Shown piece after piece: positions 19,259 through 29,529 of a DNA stretch of 64,000 nt. The DNA comes from a virus. Positions within the stretch are counted from its first letter, which is position 1; each line of letters begins with the position of its first letter. The notes below the pieces were generated by a model. The model was given only the letters and a program-made list of their open reading frames with translations. It was not told the origin of the DNA and made no database searches. The stretch is from the IMG/VR virus record IMGVR_UViG_3300024346_000009; one strand, 5' to 3'. Made by a program: the position numbers and the translations under genes.

Positions 19259-19519
19259 ATGCAAACTCAGACTAACTCTAGACCCCGTATTAAAAACGAT
19301 ACTGTGGGTACCGATGGTATGAAGTTGTTGTTTAAGGAATACGAAGGTTCGACGTTGGTGTCGTTTCGTAACACCTGTAGTTTACTGATTGAAGAATCCG
19401 CTGGTAAGAGAAGTACTAAGGATAAGTTTCTTGCAGAGATTGCACGAGCTACATCCAAGGATACGATGCTTACCAAGGTTACCAATTACATGATGGCCGG
19501 GCAGGGTCTTGGTGTGTAA
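19259..19519 (+). CDS. hypothetical protein
   Basis: AAGGA SD after promoter. Confidence 0.65.
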   Translation: MQTQTNSRPRIKNDTVGTDGMKLLFKEYEGSTLVSFRNTCSLLIEESAGKRSTKDKFLAEIARATSKDTMLTKVTNYMMAGQGLGV

Positions 19520-19579
19520 GCACCACAGTAGTTGGGTTTTGTGTGATAGGTAGTTAAATTTTATTATGAAAGGTCTATT

Positions 19580-19909
19580 ATGACTTTGTTTACTGTGGCA
19601 GGTGTTTCTAGACACAATGGTGAGATAAAGGTTCGTTTCTGTTCTGATTTTGTACTTCGAGTTAAGAACTTGCAGAAGCAGGGAGATACGGATATTCAGC
19701 TTATCGAACTTCCAAACCCTATGACTAAGCCCCAAGCTTGTTCGTTTCTTTTGGATCAGGAATCATTTAATGTTTATGCTTCTGAAATTATCGAGATTCT
19801 GGGCAAAAAGGAGTTGAAAGAAACTCCTAAACAGCCTATAATCAAGGCTGCGAAAGAGGAAAAAGTTGATCTAGAACTTGAGTCAATCAAAGAACTAGCT
19901 GAAGCTTAA
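19580..19909 (+). CDS. hypothetical protein
   Basis: 109 aa ORF with SD. Confidence 0.65.
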   Translation: MTLFTVAGVSRHNGEIKVRFCSDFVLRVKNLQKQGDTDIQLIELPNPMTKPQACSFLLDQESFNVYASEIIEILGKKELKETPKQPIIKAAKEEKVDLELESIKELAEA

Positions 19910-19985
19910 TCCTCTGTTACGAGGGAAAGACCACCGCCCTCGTAACTTTTTCTATGGTGGGGCATTTCTATATTAAGGAAATATT

Positions 19986-20234
19986 ATGTCTTTGCAAAAC
20001 AGTGTACTGAAAACTTTGTCACATGGCCGTCAATTTACCGCCGGTCAAATGGCAGGTTTGTTTGGTACTACAGAAACCTCTGTAGCCGCTCGCATCTCCG
20101 AGTTGCGCTCACAAGGTTATTCCATCTATAGCAATACTGCTAAGAATGGAAAGACTGCATACCGTTTGGGTACGCCCTCACGCCGTATGATTGCCGCCGC
20201 TTACGCAGCCGTTGGCAGCTCAGTTTTTAACTGA
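19986..20234 (+). CDS. winged-helix HTH DNA-binding protein
   Basis: TAGQMAGLFG..SVAARISELRSQGY.I..YRLGTP. Confidence 0.75.
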   Translation: MSLQNSVLKTLSHGRQFTAGQMAGLFGTTETSVAARISELRSQGYSIYSNTAKNGKTAYRLGTPSRRMIAAAYAAVGSSVFN

Positions 20235-20305
20235 TGTGACTTGAACGGTCTCTCCTAAGGGACGCCGGAGATCGTAACCGGCATTAATTTTATTATGGAG
20301 TCGTT

Positions 20306-20608
20306 ATGCCTTTATTTGTTGTAGATGCTATTCAAATGTTTCGCACCAGATACGTTGTTGAATGTAGAGAAGCCGAGCATGCAGGGGATACCGTTACCAT
20401 GAACGAGGCCGAGCAGTTCAGCCAGATGGATTTAGGTGAACGTATTGTAACTACTAAAGAAATTACCTATGAACAGTTTCATAAGATGAATAAATCTTTA
20501 GAAGAAGGTCATGGTGATGGTAATCATTATCAAGCCGAATCTGGCTCACCCTGGATGGGTGAGAAAATAATTTACGTTGTTAATTATGATCAGGATACTA
20601 AAGAATGA
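20306..20608 (+). CDS. hypothetical protein
   Basis: GGAG SD, 100 aa. Confidence 0.65.
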   Translation: MPLFVVDAIQMFRTRYVVECREAEHAGDTVTMNEAEQFSQMDLGERIVTTKEITYEQFHKMNKSLEEGHGDGNHYQAESGSPWMGEKIIYVVNYDQDTKE

Positions 20609-20802
20609 ATGTACTAGCACAAGTCCAGCGGCAACGAGTTAGATTTAGCCCGGATGATAAAAAGCACATCAGTGCATATCGTCACTTTGTAGTTAAACGT
20701 AAATGGGAGAACCCTGGTTGCCCTTATGAATTAGAATGGCCTTATCTAAGTATTCCCGATATGATTAAAGATAAGATCATTAATCACTACTTAAAAATCT
20801 AG
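20605..20802 (+). CDS. hypothetical protein
   Basis: ATGA-coupled; CPY.LEWPYL.IP. Confidence 0.65.
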   Translation: MNVLAQVQRQRVRFSPDDKKHISAYRHFVVKRKWENPGCPYELEWPYLSIPDMIKDKIINHYLKI

Positions 20803-20807
20803 TTTTT

Positions 20808-20842
20808 AGCCTCCTATCTGGGGGTTTTTTATTGTATAAATA
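20808..20842 (+). terminator. intrinsic terminator followed by late promoter
   Basis: AGCCTCC..GGGGGTT with T-run; TATAAATA at 20835. Confidence 0.65.
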
Positions 20843-20868
20843 TAATAAAACAACGCTAGGGTATTTAA

Positions 20869-21645
20869 ATGTCTACTTCTTCTGACTATGAAGATGCAGT
20901 TGCTGCAAATATACATAACGCCTCTAAAGGGGTAGTTGGTATACGTCATAAATCTGGTCTACAAAGCATGACATCTTACCCGGATGTCGAGGTTAAGTAT
21001 AAAGGTATATCTACATGGGTGGAGGTAAAGATGAATCATACTGATAACCTAATGAATCCTAGATTTAAGTATGTTGATGGTAAATGGGCAGTATCTGGTG
21101 TCGATTCTAAAGCTATTCAGGAGCTAACTCAATACTTCAACGTCAGTGAGGATGCAAAGAAGTGGGTAGATGCGTTAAGAAAGTTTGTAAAAGATCCAAA
21201 AAATAAGTACACAGGTGATCCAGCAAATATGACATTGCACTCACTGGTTGGAGATAGGGCTAGGGATAAAAATTCAGTACCGTTAATTACAATGAAAAGG
21301 TTTTTAGCGTCTCGTCCGAATAAAAATATATTCAAAGTCGATGGTGTTGATGTCGGGTCTTTGGTAACAGATCATTATACTAAAGGTAAGTCAGCTGCAG
21401 CATTGTATGTAAGTAGCGGAGATGATTTTTATAGATTTGGTAATAAGAATCCTTTTAAATTTACCCTAAAAGAAGCGCCTTTGTTTAAAGGAACTAATAG
21501 TATTACCTATCGTATTGGTGATCGATCAAGTAATTTTGAGATTATGGTAGAAGTAAAACTTAAAAATACAAACGCTATGGGTAGTAGTGACACTAGTGTC
21601 AAACCCGGATCATCTAAACCTAATCCTTTTTCAAATTTAAAATAA
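20869..21645 (+). CDS. PD-(D/E)XK nuclease-like protein
   Basis: YE..PDVEV..WVEVKM motif. Confidence 0.5.
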   Translation: MSTSSDYEDAVAANIHNASKGVVGIRHKSGLQSMTSYPDVEVKYKGISTWVEVKMNHTDNLMNPRFKYVDGKWAVSGVDSKAIQELTQYFNVSEDAKKWVDALRKFVKDPKNKYTGDPANMTLHSLVGDRARDKNSVPLITMKRFLASRPNKNIFKVDGVDVGSLVTDHYTKGKSAAALYVSSGDDFYRFGNKNPFKFTLKEAPLFKGTNSITYRIGDRSSNFEIMVEVKLKNTNAMGSSDTSVKPGSSKPNPFSNLK

Positions 21646-22841
21646 TGATAACATTTCAATACTATTTAACAGAAGCAGCTTCTGAAGACAAACTCAAGCA
21701 TCTTGAGCATGCCGAAGACCATATCATTAACGCCGGGTTTGATGGCTTTGCCCACGCATACCACAACCTACAAGACGTGCATGATCAATTGAGCGGTAAA
21801 AAGAATAAGACCAAGATTACTACCAAGTACGATGGCTCACCTGCTATTGTATTCGGACATCACCCTGAGACAGGTCAGTTCTTTGTAGCATCTAAGTCAG
21901 CGTTTAATAAAGACCCTAAGATTAACTATACCGCTGAAGACATTGAAAAGAACCACGGTCATGCTCCTGGGCTGGTTCAGAAACTAAAACAAGCCCTTGA
22001 ACACCTACCCAAGATTGCTCCCAAGACCGGTGTATACCAAGGTGACATCATGCACTCAGGATTAAATACAAAAGATAATCCAAACGGTGATGTTACAAAA
22101 GAAGGGGGTAAGTACCACTTCCAGGCTAACCCAACCGGGGTTAAGTATTCCACAAAGGTAGGATCTGAAGAAGGTAAGAAGGCTGCCAGTTCAAAATTCG
22201 GCATTGCCGTTCATACTGCGTACCATGGTGATACCATTGAAGGTCTAAAAGCAGAATATGCACCTGACCTATCAGGCTTTAGCCACCATCCAGATGTACA
22301 TAATATTGATACTCAGGATGATGTTCAGCATGCTAAGATGACACCTGAACAGCATGAGTTGTACAATAAGCACATTAAGCATGCTACAGAAGAATTCAAG
22401 AATACACCTAAAAAAGCCTACAAAGCTTTAGAAGGTCATCAAGATTTGTTAAAGACTTATATTAACAGAACTGTCCGAGAAGGTACGACACCAACGGTTG
22501 CTGGCTACCGCTCTCATGCTAACGAATACCATGCTAAACTAATTGCTAAGGTAAAGACACCTAAAGCAATTGCTGCTAAGACTGAGACACTACATAACGA
22601 TCTATCTCATATTGATAAGCATACAGAGAACTTTCAACACTTACTTACCATGCACCATCATCTACAACAGGCTAAGGATCAGTTAACTACAGCGTTATCG
22701 GCTAAGCCTAAGTTCGAAACCTCGATGAGAGGTAAGCCAACTAAACCAGAAGGCTATGTAACCGTTAGAGAGAATAGACCAACTAAGTTTGTGGATAGAG
22801 GAGAGTTTAGCAGAATGCATCTAGGTGCAAGAACTGAGTAA
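21645..22841 (+). CDS. conserved T4-like protein with KxDG nucleotidyltransferase/ligase-like motif
   Basis: HLEHAED, KYDGSP, QGD, EGYV..KFVDR. Confidence 0.6.
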   Translation: MITFQYYLTEAASEDKLKHLEHAEDHIINAGFDGFAHAYHNLQDVHDQLSGKKNKTKITTKYDGSPAIVFGHHPETGQFFVASKSAFNKDPKINYTAEDIEKNHGHAPGLVQKLKQALEHLPKIAPKTGVYQGDIMHSGLNTKDNPNGDVTKEGGKYHFQANPTGVKYSTKVGSEEGKKAASSKFGIAVHTAYHGDTIEGLKAEYAPDLSGFSHHPDVHNIDTQDDVQHAKMTPEQHELYNKHIKHATEEFKNTPKKAYKALEGHQDLLKTYINRTVREGTTPTVAGYRSHANEYHAKLIAKVKTPKAIAAKTETLHNDLSHIDKHTENFQHLLTMHHHLQQAKDQLTTALSAKPKFETSMRGKPTKPEGYVTVRENRPTKFVDRGEFSRMHLGARTE

Positions 22842-22915
22842 ATCTTAAAAGCCCACTAATGGATTATGGCACCAAGGCAACTAAAAATCAATAACTATTT
22901 TGTATCAGGGACCAA

Positions 22916-23119
22916 ATGAAGATATTTAGAGATATTAGAGAGAACTTTAAAGACGGCCGTAACCCCGGCGACAAGGGCGACATGGCAAGACATGGTCTTA
23001 AAGGTAAATCTATTATACAATTGAAGAAGGTCAGATCCTCTGACTCTGCAACACCCAGAGAAAAGCAATTAGCCCACTGGAGAATCAATATGACACTAGG
23101 TAAAAAGAAAGATAAATAA
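22916..23119 (+). CDS. small basic hypothetical protein
   Basis: N-terminus MKIFRDIRE resembles a capsid-targeting leader. Confidence 0.55.
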   Translation: MKIFRDIRENFKDGRNPGDKGDMARHGLKGKSIIQLKKVRSSDSATPREKQLAHWRINMTLGKKKDK

Positions 23120-23141
23120 ACGGTTAACTAATTAAATACAC

Positions 23142-24344
23142 ATGGACTTCATAGACTACTTAACAGAAGCACCGGAGAAACACGGCGTACTTACGTATGG
23201 TCGTATGAATCCACCCACATCTGGGCATGAGCAGGTCATTAATAAAGTTCATGAAGTTGCTAAAGCGCACAATGCTGTTCATAAAGTAGTTCTATCTCAT
23301 ACAAGCGGTACCAAGGATGGTAAGAACCCGTTACCGGCTGATGTTAAAGTAAAGCATGCGCAACACGCCTTCCCTGGCACACATATTGAAGCGGCTTCTA
23401 AAGAGCATCCTACCATTTTGCATCATGCAGCTGCAATGGCTAAACAAGGTGTCAAGCACTTACATGTAGTTGCAGGCTCTGATCGAGTAGAAGAATATCA
23501 TAAGTTACTTCATAAGTATAATGGAGTAAAGAGTGGCCACGGACACTACAATTTTAAATCTATTACTGTTCATTCCTCTGGTGAAAGAGACCCAGATGCA
23601 GAAGGTACATCTGGTGTTTCAGGTACTAAGATGCGAGAGCATGCAGCTGCAGGTAGAAAGAATAAATTCCATGCCGCTTTGCCTTCTAAAATGAAACCAG
23701 AGCACAAAGATGCCTTGTATCACGATGTAAGACATCACATGGGTATACAAGAAGCGGTAGCGCCTGGTTCACAAGGTGAAGTAAAGATTTCTAAATATGA
23801 ATGGGGTACCCCAGAAAGCACTAAAGAGATGAAGCGCATTACCCCTGGAGAGAGTAAGATTAAGACTGAAGAAAAAGAAGCAGACTATGGTGAAAAGTTT
23901 CAGTCAATGGTAAAGAGAGTTAAGGTAAGCGCCCAGCAAGGTATTAAAAAGACTGTCTGGGTCCCAGCAAAGTACGGTACAGGTGGCTCTTATAAGGTAG
24001 TACCAGTTAACAAAGTTAAAGAGTCTGTAGAGGTAGAACCCATGCAATCAGAGGCAACAAGATTACCCTTCTTATTAATGAATGCTGAACAAAAGCGAGC
24101 ATTAATTGAAGCCGAGGTTGACGAGTTAGAATTCGATGGTATTCAAACTAAGAACCTGGATATATGTCCTAGTGCTTATAAGGAATTTAAAAAGCTAATT
24201 GAAACTGTTAGAGCAGGTGAGAGCATTGGAGAGCCTATTGATCATAACCTACCTTCAAAAGCTGTTCAAGATATAGCGGCAGGTATTGCTTTGAAACCCG
24301 CTACACTTCGTAATATGCAGTTCAGACACTTTACAGGGTTATAA
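23142..24344 (+). CDS. cytidylyltransferase-like (HIGH superfamily) protein
   Basis: GRMNPPTSGH, VAGSDR, SGTKMR. Confidence 0.85.
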   Translation: MDFIDYLTEAPEKHGVLTYGRMNPPTSGHEQVINKVHEVAKAHNAVHKVVLSHTSGTKDGKNPLPADVKVKHAQHAFPGTHIEAASKEHPTILHHAAAMAKQGVKHLHVVAGSDRVEEYHKLLHKYNGVKSGHGHYNFKSITVHSSGERDPDAEGTSGVSGTKMREHAAAGRKNKFHAALPSKMKPEHKDALYHDVRHHMGIQEAVAPGSQGEVKISKYEWGTPESTKEMKRITPGESKIKTEEKEADYGEKFQSMVKRVKVSAQQGIKKTVWVPAKYGTGGSYKVVPVNKVKESVEVEPMQSEATRLPFLLMNAEQKRALIEAEVDELEFDGIQTKNLDICPSAYKEFKKLIETVRAGESIGEPIDHNLPSKAVQDIAAGIALKPATLRNMQFRHFTGL

Positions 24345-24772
24345 TGTTAATAGATGAATTAAAAAAAGTGCATGCTGATGCATTTACATTTTACCTAAAA
24401 GCACATTTTTACCATTGGAATGTCGAGGGTTCTGATTTCCCTCAATACCATGACTTTCTTCAAAATCTCTATCAAGAGGTTTTTTCCTCTGTAGATACCC
24501 TTGCAGAATTAATTAGAACACTTGATTCTTATGCCCCAGGCACACTTACAAGATTAAAAGAGCTAACCTCTATAGAAGAAACAGATGACGTTCCAGATGC
24601 AAAAACTATGATGACAAGATTACTTCAGGAAAATAATATATTAAGAGCATCATTACTTACCGCATATACAACTGCAGAAACGACAGGTGAAGTAGGCGTT
24701 GCTAATTTCTTACAAGATAGAATTCAAGCGCACGAAAAACATGGATGGATGTTAAGGTCAATACTAAAATGA
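24344..24772 (+). CDS. dps: Dps ferritin-like DNA protection protein
   Basis: HFYHWNVEG..H..D.LAE, HEKHGWML. Confidence 0.93.
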   Translation: MLIDELKKVHADAFTFYLKAHFYHWNVEGSDFPQYHDFLQNLYQEVFSSVDTLAELIRTLDSYAPGTLTRLKELTSIEETDDVPDAKTMMTRLLQENNILRASLLTAYTTAETTGEVGVANFLQDRIQAHEKHGWMLRSILK

Positions 24773-25515
24773 GTCACGATTCAAATAACCAACACGAGTT
24801 GTTGAAGACAGCATTAGAAGCTACTGATGCGTACTTAGGTGTAGAAAAACAAGCTGTAGCTGCTAAAAAAGCTACGCCAGTTATGATACATGATTTTACC
24901 TATCATATGTCGCGAGCACATGATACTCTTAAATTATTAGGGGTATTAAAAGATCATGAAGAATATATGACATCTCATGTTACCACAATGAGTAATCTTT
25001 TTGGATATAGTTACTCTGATGTGCAAGAGGATGCAGTTGTATCGTTTGCAAGCTTTATTGCAGAAGAGAATGAAGAAGCAACTTTTACTGAGGCAGTTAT
25101 GGATGAGATAGTAGAAGGGACGACATGGGAAGATATCGTTGATCTATATTCTGAAGAAGAGTTGGTTGAAGAGGAGGAAGTTACTGAGGCCTTATCTGCT
25201 CAAGCACGACTTAAAAAGAAGCAATCCTTTTCAAGAAATAAGAGCAGAAGAAACGTAGCTCGCGGTCTTAAGTTACGCAGAGCATCTTCACCTGATACAC
25301 TTAAAAGACGCGCCATGGCAGCTGCCCGGCGTGCAATGTATAAGAGGCTGTTGAGCGGTAGGAACAAATCATCTCTTTCAGCATCAGAAAAAAATAGAGT
25401 TGAAATGCAAGTATCAAAAATGAAAAACATTCAGTCTTCTATAGTCAATAGAATGATGCCTAAGATACGATCTCTAGAACAATCAAGACTTGCACACTAC
25501 AGAAGTAAAAAATGA
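24769..25515 (+). CDS. probable prohead core/internal protein
   Basis: Acidic stretch followed by EALS.QARLKK..R basic domain. Confidence 0.5.
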   Translation: MSHDSNNQHELLKTALEATDAYLGVEKQAVAAKKATPVMIHDFTYHMSRAHDTLKLLGVLKDHEEYMTSHVTTMSNLFGYSYSDVQEDAVVSFASFIAEENEEATFTEAVMDEIVEGTTWEDIVDLYSEEELVEEEEVTEALSAQARLKKKQSFSRNKSRRNVARGLKLRRASSPDTLKRRAMAAARRAMYKRLLSGRNKSSLSASEKNRVEMQVSKMKNIQSSIVNRMMPKIRSLEQSRLAHYRSKK

Positions 25516-25871
25516 AAAGGCTATTGATTATTGCCGTACTGTTTCTATCAGGCTGTTCGACGATAGATAAAATTAAAGAAGTATGGCCCCGTGCTCATGA
25601 CCCTGTCATGGTAAGTGCGTATATTGATTTAGATATATATCTTGATGAAATTAATTGCAAGTCACCTAATAGTATTGATTTTGCTAAAGAAAGAGCTATT
25701 TGGTTAAACAAGTATGCAGAATTTAGGGGTGATCCTCAAAGAGTGTCTACGAAAGCAATTGTGGACAATTTAGATAAAGCCCAAGCCGGTACTTTGACTG
25801 CATGTGACCGGTGGGTTAGTTTATCAAAAATAAGAATGAAGACTATTAAAGAAGCATGGAGTGATAGATGA
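25512..25871 (+). CDS. lipoprotein
   Basis: Lipobox LSGC. Confidence 0.75.
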   Translation: MKRLLIIAVLFLSGCSTIDKIKEVWPRAHDPVMVSAYIDLDIYLDEINCKSPNSIDFAKERAIWLNKYAEFRGDPQRVSTKAIVDNLDKAQAGTLTACDRWVSLSKIRMKTIKEAWSDR

Positions 25872-26101
25872 CACTAGAAGAAATTGTAGAATATCAAGCA
25901 GAAGAATCTATTCGCGGTGAACTTGCTCGTGAGTTTGTTGGTATCTTAAGTGACTATCAAACAGGTGCTCTAACAATTGAAGATAAAAATTTAATGATTA
26001 CTGAAATATTAAACTCTTGCCAATCATCTGAATTAGCTCAAGATGAAGTAATAATGAGATGGGCGGTTTCTGCTGCCACCACAGCTGTTAATATTATTTA
26101 A
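25868..26101 (+). CDS. hypothetical protein
   Basis: ATGA-coupled ORF. Confidence 0.6.
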   Translation: MTLEEIVEYQAEESIRGELAREFVGILSDYQTGALTIEDKNLMITEILNSCQSSELAQDEVIMRWAVSAATTAVNII

Positions 26102-26110
26102 AGTAAAAAA

Positions 26111-26686
26111 ATGAAAAGCTTTAAACAAATAAGAGAACAAGTTCAATCGGTTACAGAAGGTGAGCGTGGGTTGTGGGATAACATCCATGCCAAACGCAAA
26201 CGTATTAAATCCGGTTCTGGTGAGCGTATGCGTAAGCCAGGTAGTAAGGGTGCACCTACTAAACAAAACTTTAAAGATTCTATGTCTGAAGATGTAGAAC
26301 AACTATTCGATCTTATTGAAGATGTAATAGAAGATATTGCAAAAGATAATAACGTTGACTCTGAATTTATTTGGGAAGATCTTGAATCAATACCAGATGA
26401 AGAGTTACTAGAGATAGCAGCCTGGCAGCGTAAAGAAGGTAAGAACCCTGAAGGTGGTTTGAATGCTAAAGGTATTGCCGCTTACCGTAGAGAGAACCCA
26501 GGCTCTAAATTACAAATGGCTGTAACAACTAAACCATCTAAGTTAAAACCAGGTAGTAAAGCGGCTAATAGAAGAAAGTCTTTTTGTGCTCGCATGGGTG
26601 GTATGAAGAAAAGACTAACATCTGCAAAGACTGCAAGAGACCCAGATTCTAGGATTAATAAAGCTCTTAGAAAATGGAACTGCTAA
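26111..26686 (+). CDS. probable internal head protein
   Basis: MKSFKQIRE leader; GLWDNIHAKR and WQRKEGKNPEGGLN..RRKSFCARM basic modules. Confidence 0.6.
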   Translation: MKSFKQIREQVQSVTEGERGLWDNIHAKRKRIKSGSGERMRKPGSKGAPTKQNFKDSMSEDVEQLFDLIEDVIEDIAKDNNVDSEFIWEDLESIPDEELLEIAAWQRKEGKNPEGGLNAKGIAAYRRENPGSKLQMAVTTKPSKLKPGSKAANRRKSFCARMGGMKKRLTSAKTARDPDSRINKALRKWNC

Positions 26687-26721
26687 TTAACTTATAAGTA
26701 TACGAAACTAAAGGAAACAAA

Positions 26722-28224
26722 ATGGACATGAAATCTATTTCACAAAAATTACAAGATGACATTCGTGATATCATGGAGGGCAACATTAAACACCCTAATC
26801 AACAAAAGATTGATGTACATGAGCCAGAGAAAGATGAAATCACTGCCGATGATTTTAAAAAGCTTCGTGCAATGAAGAAGACGAAGACTGAAGAGCATGC
26901 TCCTGAATCTACCGAGCAGGTAGAGGAAGAAGAAAAGAAGAAGCCTGTTAGTCCTTTTGACTATAAAAATTATCAAAGTCAAATACCTAAAAAACCAGGT
27001 GAGACAGCTGGGTTTGACTCAAAGAAAATTTCTACTGGTACCGTTTATACTAGAAAGCCAGTTAAAGAAGAAAGCCATCAGTCTGCAACTACTATGAAGC
27101 ATATCCCTAATGCTTCCCCGGCACTTAAAAAAGCTGCTAAAGATATTAAACCTGGCGTTGCAGGCTATCGCGATCGTATTGATATGCTTAAAGCTGGCGG
27201 TGTTAAAGAAGAAACTCAGATTGATGAACTATCTAAATCAACTTTAGGTTCCTATTTGACGAAGAAAACATCTGAATACATGAAAGGTAAAACCCAACCT
27301 GGTACAAAAGAACATGCTAAAGATGTACAGAACATGGGTAAAGCTTACGATAAGTTAAAAGAGGAAGAAGCTGAACTTGATGAAGCATATCAAACAGCAA
27401 AGAGTGAGTTCGTAGCTCGTCAGGGAAGACTGACAGCTGCAGCTGCTGAGACTGAAAAAGATCCCGCGCGCCTGAAGAGGATGTCTAGCATACCAGGCTA
27501 TAGTGCTGCAATGGATTTAGCCAAAAAGACAACTCAGGGCGCAAAGCACACTAAAGAAGAAGTTGAGCAAATGGATGAGCTTTCAGTTGAAACAATGAAG
27601 TCGGCAAAAGAAAAATTAGCTAATAAAGCCTATGATGCCCACATGGATGACAACAAAATGGCAGCAAGAAACTTTGCTCACAGAGCTTTAAAAGTGGGTT
27701 CAAAAATTAAAAGTAAAGAGCGTTCCTCCTCTCAAATGACTAGAGAAGAAGTTGAGATGGTATATGAAGCGAATATTCAACCAACAGCGGCAAAGTCCAG
27801 GTCACATATAGGTAATATAAGTCATCCAACTACAAATCACGTTGCGCATCCTAGTTCAGGAAAAGAAATTGGTCTAATTACAAAGCAGCCAGACGGAAAA
27901 TACCACGCCCACCCATCATCCGTAAAATTGTCACACAGCCAAGGTGGTACATTTGATACCAAGGACCAAGCTCATCAGCATATCCGTGATGCTCATGCCA
28001 AAGCTATTAAAACCGGTACGTTGAGTGATAGATGGAAGAAACAAGAGAAGCTACCACAATTTGCTAAAGAAGAAGTTGAGCAAGAAGAATACACATTTGC
28101 TGATTACTTGAATGCTGCGCTTGAACATTACAATGATGAAGAAGCTGTTAATGTGGCTAATGAGGCTTACAATAAACAAGATATAAGTCTGTTTATCAAA
28201 GAATCCCAACAGCCCGAAGCCTAA
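26722..28224 (+). CDS. probable internal head polyprotein
   Basis: Recurrent KEE..(I/L/M)DE(L/A) linkers between basic modules. Confidence 0.55.
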   Translation: MDMKSISQKLQDDIRDIMEGNIKHPNQQKIDVHEPEKDEITADDFKKLRAMKKTKTEEHAPESTEQVEEEEKKKPVSPFDYKNYQSQIPKKPGETAGFDSKKISTGTVYTRKPVKEESHQSATTMKHIPNASPALKKAAKDIKPGVAGYRDRIDMLKAGGVKEETQIDELSKSTLGSYLTKKTSEYMKGKTQPGTKEHAKDVQNMGKAYDKLKEEEAELDEAYQTAKSEFVARQGRLTAAAAETEKDPARLKRMSSIPGYSAAMDLAKKTTQGAKHTKEEVEQMDELSVETMKSAKEKLANKAYDAHMDDNKMAARNFAHRALKVGSKIKSKERSSSQMTREEVEMVYEANIQPTAAKSRSHIGNISHPTTNHVAHPSSGKEIGLITKQPDGKYHAHPSSVKLSHSQGGTFDTKDQAHQHIRDAHAKAIKTGTLSDRWKKQEKLPQFAKEEVEQEEYTFADYLNAALEHYNDEEAVNVANEAYNKQDISLFIKESQQPEA

Positions 28225-28291
28225 ATATATTACGGGCGCCATCTATTTAAAATACGATGGTAATAAAGTTAAAAAGAATAAGGAGACATAA

Positions 28292-29083
28292 ATGTCCTCA
28301 TGGGGTAATACAGATAATACGTTGATTGCTGGTACTGTAACAGCATATGCAGCTAATACACGAGTAGTCGGATCAGGTACATACTTTTCTATTAACGTTA
28401 AAGCCGGGGACTATGTAACAATTGCTACCTCCGGTAAATACAAGGTAGAGACTGTTACATCCAATACCGTGCTGACACTATCAACGGTTGCAACTGCTGT
28501 GACTGGTCAAGCAGTATACTTGCAACAAGGTCCTAAATCAATTGAAGCTGCTACATCATTTGCTGCTGCAAGACGTGCTAACCTAGTTACAGCATCAACA
28601 GTGTTCGGTGTTGATTCGGCAGAGGCCGGTACAAGTAGAGTTGCAAGCGTTGCAGTTAATTCCGCTGGTACTGGTTATCAAAGAACAGCCAACGTACCTG
28701 CTGCTACAGCTAATACAACTGCTACATTCACCACAACTGGTGCAAGCCAGCCACAAGCAAATGCAACCGCTACCTTAACTTTTGCAAATAACGTCTTAAC
28801 GGCTATTACGGTAACAGCTGCAGGTAAGGGGTACACAGCCGCTGCAAGAGCCAACACAACACTAGTAATTGCTACCACCGGTGCCGCTCAACCACTGACC
28901 AATGCTACTGCAACGATTGCCTTCACCACCTCTGGTATTGCTAACGCATCACATACCGGTTGGGTAAACCAGGTAAACTATTCTACCAGCCAGGGTTCGA
29001 TAAGAAATAAATCCGAAGTACTTGTTGCTATGTCTAAGAACGGTATCACCGGCGACGACGAAGATACTAATTTCCCTGATTAA
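28292..29083 (+). CDS. virion structural protein (Thr/Ala-rich beta repeats)
   Basis: MSSWG start, two V..AG.GY repeats, HTGWV..EVLVAM end. Confidence 0.6.
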   Translation: MSSWGNTDNTLIAGTVTAYAANTRVVGSGTYFSINVKAGDYVTIATSGKYKVETVTSNTVLTLSTVATAVTGQAVYLQQGPKSIEAATSFAAARRANLVTASTVFGVDSAEAGTSRVASVAVNSAGTGYQRTANVPAATANTTATFTTTGASQPQANATATLTFANNVLTAITVTAAGKGYTAAARANTTLVIATTGAAQPLTNATATIAFTTSGIANASHTGWVNQVNYSTSQGSIRNKSEVLVAMSKNGITGDDEDTNFPD

Positions 29084-29085
29084 TT

Positions 29086-29526
29086 ATGGCAGATAGTAAA
29101 GTAAGTGAGCTTGTATCAGCTACCTCCGTAGGGGGTAGCGATCAGCTGTATATTGTTCAATCTAGTACCAGTAAGAAGGTTACTGCAGCGGTGTTGTTCG
29201 CCAACGCAGCCAACGTCGTACTTAAGGGCAATATTAACCTGGACACAACCGTACAGCTATTAGCATCACCAGGTACTATTGACATTACCAAACAAATAAC
29301 CCACCTCAGTGCTGATGCATCAGGTGGTACTTTGATTTTACCAACTGGTACGGATAAGCAGATTAAGATATTAGCTATGACAGCTACAGCCGGTGGTACA
29401 TACACAGTTACTACTAATGTTGCTAACAGTGCAAACGTTGTGTTTAATAACGTTGGTGACACTGCTACTCTATTGTATACAAATAACAAATGGTTTGTTA
29501 TCGGGGGTACTGCCTCACTAACTTAA
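29086..29526 (+). CDS. virion structural protein
   Basis: MADSKVSEL leader typical of fibre/decoration proteins. Confidence 0.55.
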   Translation: MADSKVSELVSATSVGGSDQLYIVQSSTSKKVTAAVLFANAANVVLKGNINLDTTVQLLASPGTIDITKQITHLSADASGGTLILPTGTDKQIKILAMTATAGGTYTVTTNVANSANVVFNNVGDTATLLYTNNKWFVIGGTASLT

Positions 29527-29529
29527 AAT

